This document shows positions 9,503-16,883 of a DNA stretch of 16,883 nucleotides, piece by piece; position 1 is the first letter of the stretch, and every line of letters begins with the position of its first letter. Source of the stretch: Paraphysomonas bandaiensis (lineage: Eukaryota; Protista; Chrysophyceae). The DNA lies in NCBI GenBank assembly GCA_965644295.1, contig CBFFRP010000583.1, forward strand, positions 1 to 16,883, written 5' to 3'. The notes under the pieces were generated by a model that was not told the DNA's origin, did no database searches, and saw only the letters and a list, made by a program, of their open reading frames with translations. The position numbers were made by a program, and so were the translations under genes.

Positions 9503-10736
9503 TTCGCGACTCTATGAACAGAAACAATTCCTCTAAACAATTAATGTGAAACAGGCGATGTGTAACTTTGAGGTCTGATTCGAGGGGAATATGCCAAATG
9601 CCAAGATAGCTCAACAATATATAGCTATAATGTAATATACAGCACAGCCAGATCAATTCTTTTTAAATTTCATTTATTATATAAAACTCTGTTCCATTTT
9701 TTTAACTGATAAAGCCTGGAAATACAGAAAAGTTCAGCTGTATAAGGATGTATTCGGTAGTGACTGCGAATACTACTACAGTTGCAATGATTGCCTCAAG
9801 CCTCTCGACCTACATGTATGCATATAGAGGACGACGATATGGGTATAATGATAGAATAGTCTGCATATCGCCTCTTTGGATATTTATCCCCAAAGTGATC
9901 GCCTTCAGAGGATGATGTTTCGACTAACAAATAGATGTCTACTAATAACGGACACTTTAATTAAACTGGATATGTAGAGGTGCACATTGCTCATGGTAGC
10001 GTTGATAAGGATAAACTGTATAGATCAGGACACCAATCTGTGTCGATGTGCCTCACATTTCTGAAATAAGCACTGCGTTTAATTGTGGCAGACGATGGCT
10101 CTAATGCTGGTCCTCTGGAATTGAGGAGGGGAGGGGATGTGGAGCTGCCCCGGGCTAAGGATGATACCCGGATTGAAAATTCACTGTTCAACAGAGGCAG
10201 ATGGAACGGCCCATGTAGACGGTGAAATTCAGTTCGGAACTCTGCAGCGTGGAACGTGGAGGGGCCCAATTTTGCTCAGCCCACCCGCGATCCTTGGCCG
10301 AATGATCTTGGAACTGTGGATATGGTCAACTCGACTGGCGCTTCCGCCTTCATGACTGGCTGCAACATGTAATGATTTCAATGATTAAACCCCCAGACTC
10401 ATAGGTTGACTCTTGGTGCATGGGACACCCCTCTTGAGGAACAGCAGGTGCTCAGGAACAGCATGTACTGGGTAATGGCGAAAGAAACCTGTCCACCTCG
10501 GTATTCATACTGCTAAATCTTCAAAAATATTGATATCGAGTAGTGTGGGAGTACTAAAAGTGATATATTAACTAAATTACTTAATGTTTTTGTTCTGTTG
10601 AATGTTTACTAAAATTATAAGTACAACTGCTAGAACTTAATTTAATTATAATACTCACTAAAATTTCTTTAGATTAGATATGGATTTGGCCGAAGAGTAT
10701 TTTGTACATTAGTACTAAAATCCGGGAAATATTCGA

Positions 10737-10751
10737 TTAGGGTTAGGGTTA
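10737..10751 (+). repeat. Interstitial telomeric repeat TTAGGGTTAGGGTTA
   Basis: 2.5 exact units in the same orientation as the terminal array. Confidence 0.8.
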
Positions 10752-11089
10752 AATTGGTTGAATTTCCTAGTCACATTATTTTTGGTGGAATAACCTAGTC
10801 AAAGTAATGAATGACTCCACCCAGTCAATTTCGGTATTCCACCTAGTCGTTCGTCGTTCTTATATACATTGATTACACGATTACACACTGTGACTGTTTA
10901 AGGTTTAAGATACCATCTCACACCACACAATACATTAGTGGCTTACAGAGCATCAAAACAAACATTCAAACATAACAATAAACTCACATATACGTATCTA
11001 CTTAACACAGGTGTACGTGCATACGTGTATGACTATCGAGCCTATCTATAGCTTATAAGTATATAGCGATGGGTCCATGAAGCTGTGGA

Positions 11090-11790
11090 TATAACTCACA
11101 CTATGATCCAAAAGGTACTCCAAATCATCAACATGCCGGTGATATTCTTGCATTTGACACGGCTCCTTGCTGTCCTTACCGCGCTCTTTAAACCGTACAC
11201 TGCATGCCATGATGCACATCATACACTTTCATATACATACCCATATCCAGCCTTATCTTGGAGGTCCATCTTCATAGCCATAATGTTGCGGTTCATACAG
11301 GAGTGAAGCACCACCAATAGTACCAGACAGGGAGTAGCCAAGCTCTATGATGGCTGCACAGCACACAGTCGTTTGTTGGATCTGAACTCCTTCGTGGAGA
11401 GTCCATACAACTCCCTGAAGGTGCTCAAGTCCCGCCCCTGGGTGCGGATAGAGACATATGCTCGCGCGCGATGTACACTCTGTAGTCTTGTTTCACGTCT
11501 ACCTCAGGAATAGAGGCGATTGCGTTGAGAATCGCCTGTGTTATCACCATATTGGTGAAGTTGCTTTCTTCGGTAGTCCGGCAGAGCCTCCAACACCGAA
11601 TTGACCTCGAGCTTGTGAGGTACATTCCCTGGAAGCACACGATACTGCTTATCAAGCTTTTCCTCAAGTACTGCATTCCTTTTCTTCAATTGGGCCAGCA
11701 TGATTCCTCCATACGACTGTCTGCAGCCTGCGAGTGATTTGGATTCGCCGTGAACTTCGATGCATCATACTCGGTCAATTCTACATGAAA
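11090..11790 (-). pseudogene. Frameshifted coding-like remnant of unknown family
   Basis: GC-elevated block with successive overlapping protein-like frames (MLAQLKKRNAVLEEKLDKQ..., NMVITQAILNAIASIPEVD..., HRARAYVSIRTQGRDLSTFRELYG...) broken by stops. No clean splice model found. Confidence 0.35.
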
Positions 11791-12062
11791 ATCAGATCAG
11801 ACATCGTCATCATGAGCAGTCATTACTGTTTACTATACCTGAACACAACAACTAACCCTAATCGTATACGTGAAGTGCATGTACACTAAGATTCAGGTGG
11901 CCATTGTGTCTGTATACAGCAGCGTATACACAGTATGCTGCTGGCTTCATGTCTAGATGTACAGCAGTATATGGTATACATCCCCATACACAGACACACA
12001 CACACCAGCAACGTGACATTTCTGTGTTCTGCGACTTGACAATAGATCACACAAGCTCTTTC

Positions 12063-13252
12063 ATGGAGTTTATGATAGGAGCGTGGGATGTCCCTGAAGT
12101 TACCCCTGTATGGGTAGGGAACTCTATCAGCCGTAAGTTCCCCTATAAAGAAGTGGTCAGCATAAGCGTATCAGCAGTATCATGTGCCTCGAGCCCCTGC
12201 TCGGGTACCTTCAAACGCATACAGGCCCACTTCTCAGACGGTACGACCCAATCGTTTGTTCTTAAGCTGCAATCTGAGTCAGATGTGGCCAATGAGTATG
12301 CTGTGCGGACTCGTAGCTATGAGTCAGAGTACAATTTCTACTCATACTTGCGTGATATGAGTAAAGCTCGTGTTCCTCAGTGCTATTTCGCCTCTCTCTC
12401 CCCTTCAAAAAATGCCATTACACTTCTCTTGGAAGACCTCTCCGCTGCGACGACAGGTGACATGAAGAGCATGACAATGGCAAGCATAGAAGCGGCTGTG
12501 GTTGCTCTCGCTCAGTTCCACGGGTCATTTTTTGACAATAGCAGTATTGGGTGCGACGTACAGTCTGCAGCACAGTTTTGTTCCACTTTTGATCCCTCCA
12601 TTGCTCTTAGCTCTTTTCTTAATCAATGGGGCGACCTTTTAAGAAAGTATAGTGACGAATCGACCAACAAAGTTGTGGAAACAGTGGAACACTGTGCCTC
12701 TCACTATGCTAATTGGCCGCCTTTGCTTGAAATGATGGGATGTGTATCAGTTGTTCACGGCAATTATAATCCGTCAAATCTTATGTTTTCAAGTCGTTCT
12801 GACACTGACGACATGCAGGCGATCATAGTAGACTTTCAGACTATATATAGAGGTAACTATAAGTGACTGACAGCATCTTGAACCTATTAGTGATCCTGTT
12901 GTTCTTGTTAGGCGGCGACGTTGCCAGGGCATGTGATCTGAATTATCTCCTTGTTGCTAACCTGAGCCAGGACTCTAGACTGGCCTCTGAAGGGCGTCTC
13001 ATATCTCGTTATTTGGAGGTTCTTTCGAAAGCCGTTTCCTCTCAAATGCACAATTTTATTCCGTCTGTAGAAGAGTTTACTATGTACTATAGGATGGCTA
13101 CACAGGCTATGGTGTACCGGTGTCTGTCATGTAGTGCAGTGATCGGTGAGGTGCATGCAGAGGAGGTAGAGCTAAAAGCCCTCGTCAGTAGATCACTAGA
13201 TGCCGTTGTAGATCATGAACTCCATCAATTACTAGCAGTTGGTCGACACTAG
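12063..13252 (+). CDS. Ecdysteroid-kinase-like (EcKL)/APH/choline-kinase superfamily protein, probable pseudokinase; exons 12063-12852 and 12912-13252; about 376 aa (start uncertain)
   Basis: Motifs SFVLK (ATP-binding Lys), ESEYNFY, VPQCYFA, LLLEDLS, LAQFHG, VVHGNYNPSNLMF and IVDFQ. A 59-nt GT-AG intron (12853-12911) joins DFQTIYRG to GDVARACDLNYLL, matching the DFQ...G...DLxYxL pattern. An upstream exon or start cannot be excluded. Confidence 0.85.
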
Positions 13253-13328
13253 AAGTAAAGGCGTTATCGCTTCTCATTATGGGGAAATAATTATTTAGAT
13301 GATTTATAGTAACTTAGAATTGCGTTGG

Positions 13329-16300
13329 TTAGGGTTAGGGTTAGGGTTAGGGTTAGGGTTAGGGTTAAGGTTAGGGTTAGGGTTAGGGTTAGGGTTAGGG
13401 TTAGGGTTAGGGTTAGGGTTAGGGTTAGGGTTAGGGTTAGGGTTAGGGTTAGGGTTAGGGTTAGGGTTAGGGTTAGGGTTAGGGTTAGGGTTAGGGTTAG
13501 GGTTAGGGTTAGGGTTAGGGTTAGGGTTAGGGTTAGGGTTAGGGTTAGGGTTAGGGTTAGGGTTAGGGTTAGGGTTAGGGTTAGGGTTAGGGTTAGGGTT
13601 AGGGTTAGGGTTAGGGTTAGGGTTAGGGTTAGGGTTAGGGTTAGGGTTAGGGTTAGGGTTAGGGTTAGGGTTAGGGTTAGGGTTAGGGTTAGGGTTAGGG
13701 TTAGGGTTAGGGTTAGGGTTAGGGTTAGGGTTAGGGTTAGGGTTAGGGTTAGGGTTAGGGTTAGGGTTAGGGTTAGGGTTAGGGTTAGGGTTAGGGTTAG
13801 GGTTAGGGTTAGGGTTAGGGTTAGGGTTAGGGTTAGGGTTAGGGTTAGGGTTAGGGTTAGGGTTAGGGTTAGGGTTAGGGTTAGGGTTAGGGTTAGGGTT
13901 AGGGTTAGGGTTAGGGTTAGGGTTAGGGTTAGGGTTAGGGTTAGGGTTAGGGTTAGGGTTAGGGTTAGGGTTAGGGTTAGGGTTAGGGTTAGGGTTAGGG
14001 TTAGGGTTAGGGTTAGGGTTAGGGTTAGGGTTAGGGTTAGGGTTAGGGTTAGGGTTAGGGTTAGGGTTAGGGTTAGGGTTAGGGTTAGGGTTAGGGTTAG
14101 GGTTAGGGTTAGGGTTAGGGTTAGGGTTAGGGTTAGGGTTAGGGTTAGGGTTAGGGTTAGGGTTAGGGTTAGGGTTAGGGTTAGGGTTAGGGTTAGGGTT
14201 AGGGTTAGGGTTAGGGTTAGGGTTAGGGTTAGGGTTAGGGTTAGGGTTAGGGTTAGGGTTAGGGTTAGGGTTAGGGTTAGGGTTAGGGTTAGGGTTAGGG
14301 TTAGGGTTAGGGTTAGGGTTAGGGTTAGGGTTAGGGTTAGGGTTAGGGTTAGGGTTAGGGTTAGGGTTAGGGTTAGGGTTAGGGTTAGGGTTAGGGTTAG
14401 GGTTAGGGTTAGGGTTAGGGTTAGGGTTAGGGTTAGGGTTAGGGTTAGGGTTAGGGTTAGGGTTAGGGTTAGGGTTAGGGTTAGGGTTAGGGTTAGGGTT
14501 AGGGTTAGGGTTAGGGTTAGGGTTAGGGTTAGGGTTAGGGTTAGGGTTAGGGTTAGGGTTAGGGTTAGGGTTAGGGTTAGGGTTAGGGTTAGGGTTAGGG
14601 TTAGGGTTAGGGTTAGGGTTAGGGTTAGGGTTAGGGTTAGGGTTAGGGTTAGGGTTAGGGTTAGGGTTAGGGTTAGGGTTAGGGTTAGGGTTAGGGTTAG
14701 GGTTAGGGTTAGGGTTAGGGTTAGGGTTAGGGTTAGGGTTAGGGTTAGGGTTAGGGTTAGGGTTAGGGTTAGGGTTAGGGTTAGGGTTAGGGTTAGGGTT
14801 AGGGTTAGGGTTAGGGTTAGGGTTAGGGTTAGGGTTAGGGTTAGGGTTAGGGTTAGGGTTAGGGTTAGGGTTAGGGTTAGGGTTAGGGTTAGGGTTAGGG
14901 TTAGGGTTAGGGTTAGGGTTAGGGTTAGGGTTAGGGTTAGGGTTAGGGTTAGGGTTAGGGTTAGGGTTAGGGTTAGGGTTAGGGTTAGGGTTAGGGTTAG
15001 GGTTAGGGTTAGGGTTAGGGTTAGGGTTAGGGTTAGGGTTAGGGTTAGGGTTAGGGTTAGGGTTAGGGTTAGGGTTAGGGTTAGGGTTAGGGTTAGGGTT
15101 AGGGTTAGGGTTAGGGTTAGGGTTAGGGTTAGGGTTAGGGTTAGGGTTAGGGTTAGGGTTAGGGTTAGGGTTAGGGTTAGGGTTAGGGTTAGGGTTAGGG
15201 TTAGGGTTAGGGTTAGGGTTAGGGTTAGGGTTAGGGTTAGGGTTAGGGTTAGGGTTAGGGTTAGGGTTAGGGTTAGGGTTAGGGTTAGGGTTAGGGTTAG
15301 GGTTAGGGTTAGGGTTAGGGTTAGGGTTAGGGTTAGGGTTAGGGTTAGGGTTAGGGTTAGGGTTAGGGTTAGGGTTAGGGTTAGGGTTAGGGTTAGGGTT
15401 AGGGTTAGGGTTAGGGTTAGGGTTAGGGTTAGGGTTAGGGTTAGGGTTAGGGTTAGGGTTAGGGTTAGGGTTAGGGTTAGGGTTAGGGTTAGGGTTAGGG
15501 TTAGGGTTAGGGTTAGGGTTAGGGTTAGGGTTAGGGTTAGGGTTAGGGTTAGGGTTAGGGTTAGGGTTAGGGTTAGGGTTAGGGTTAGGGTTAGGGTTAG
15601 GGTTAGGGTTAGGGTTAGGGTTAGGGTTAGGGTTAGGGTTAGGGTTAGGGTTAGGGTTAGGGTTAGGGTTAGGGTTAGGGTTAGGGTTAGGGTTAGGGTT
15701 AGGGTTAGGGTTAGGGTTAGGGTTAGGGTTAGGGTTAGGGTTAGGGTTAGGGTTAGGGTTAGGGTTAGGGTTAGGGTTAGGGTTAGGGTTAGGGTTAGGG
15801 TTAGGGTTAGGGTTAGGGTTAGGGTTAGGGTTAGGGTTAGGGTTAGGGTTAGGGTTAGGGTTAGGGTTAGGGTTAGGGTTAGGGTTAGGGTTAGGGTTAG
15901 GGTTAGGGTTAGGGTTAGGGTTAGGGTTAGGGTTAGGGTTAGGGTTAGGGTTAGGGTTAGGGTTAGGGTTAGGGTTAGGGTTAGGGTTAGGGTTAGGGTT
16001 AGGGTTAGGGTTAGGGTTAGGGTTAGGGTTAGGGTTAGGGTTAGGGTTAGGGTTAGGGTTAGGGTTAGGGTTAGGGTTAGGGTTAGGGTTAGGGTTAGGG
16101 TTAGGGTTAGGGTTAGGGTTAGGGTTAGGGTTAGGGTTAGGGTTAGGGTTAGGGTTAGGGTTAGGGTTAGGGTTAGGGTTAGGGTTAGGGTTAGGGTTAG
16201 GGTTAGGGTTAGGGTTAGGGTTAGGGTTAGGGTTAGGGTTAGGGTTAGGGTTAGGGTTAGGGTTAGGGTTAGGGTTAGGGTTAGGGTTAGGGTTAGGGTT

Positions 16301-16873
16301 AGGGTTAGGGTTAGGGTTAGGGTTAGGGTTAGGGTTAGGGTTAGGGTTAGGGTTAGGGTTAGGGTTAGGGTTAGGGTTAGGGTTAGGGTTAGGGTTAGGG
16401 TTAGGGTTAGGGTTAGGGTTAGGGTTAGGGTTAGGGTTAGGGTTAGGGTTAGGGTTAGGGTTAGGGTTAGGGTTAGGGTTAGGGTTAGGGTTAGGGTTAG
16501 GGTTAGGGTTAGGGTTAGGGTTAGGGTTAGGGTTAGGGTTAGGGTTAGGGTTAGGGTTAGGGTTAGGGTTAGGGTTAGGGTTAGGGTTAGGGTTAGGGTT
16601 AGGGTTAGGGTTAGGGTTAGGGTTAGGGTTAGGGTTAGGGTTAGGGTTAGGGTTAGGGTTAGGGTTAGGGTTAGGGTTAGGGTTAGGGTTAGGGTTAGGG
16701 TTAGGGTTAGGGTTAGGGTTAGGGTTAGGGTTAGGGTTAGGGTTAGGGTTAGGGTTAGGGTTAGGGTTAGGGTTAGGGTTAGGGTTAGGGTTAGGGTTAG
16801 GGTTAGGGTTAGGGTTAGGGTTAGGGTTAGGGTTAGGGTTAGGGTTAGGGTTAGGGTTAGGGTTAGGGTTAGG
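13329..16873 (+). repeat. Telomeric repeat array (TTAGGG)n, about 590 units, G-rich strand pointing to the chromosome end
   Basis: Continuous TTAGGG tandem array to within 10 nt of the window end, with one variant TTAAGG at 13365-13370. Confidence 0.99.
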
Positions 16874-16883
16874 CTACTCCAAA

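Noticed and set aside
11120-11202. Minus-strand VYGLKSAVR and HVDDL resembling Copia RT motifs LYGLKQ and YVDD
   Set aside because: The motifs are in different frames and only about 20 codons apart, versus roughly 40 in real RTs. No other RT motifs were found.
11852-11861. CTAACCCTAA telo-box-like motif upstream of the kinase, and TTAGGGTT at 8097
   Set aside because: Too short to distinguish from chance.
16874-16883. Non-telomeric tail CTACTCCAAA after the array
   Set aside because: Ten bases at a sequence end are most likely an adapter or consensus artefact. They cannot show that the array is interstitial.

Overview
Right-hand end of a eukaryotic chromosome: about 13.3 kb of AT-rich subtelomere followed by about 3.5 kb of (TTAGGG)n (13329-16873). 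It is probably a protist; a stramenopile is my unverified guess. Three spliced genes reconstruct cleanly with short GT-AG introns (41-105 nt) in the standard code. These are ERD2/KDEL receptor (+, 3 exons, 220 aa), a 6-exon coiled-coil/Ser-Pro-Arg-rich protein (-, 327 aa), and an EcKL/APH-like small-molecule kinase (+) with HGN in place of catalytic HGD, whose stop lies 76 nt from the telomere. Intergenic DNA holds a complete hAT-type MITE with a perfect 8-bp TSD, a Copia-like PPT/LTR start, and a decayed discoidin-like repeat gene. It also holds four diverged, co-oriented copies of an LTR-like element. Their best-conserved part is a ~51-nt core that folds by eye with a compensatory base change and a possible loop-loop pseudoknot. 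That core is the main novelty candidate. All folds and family assignments were made by eye.
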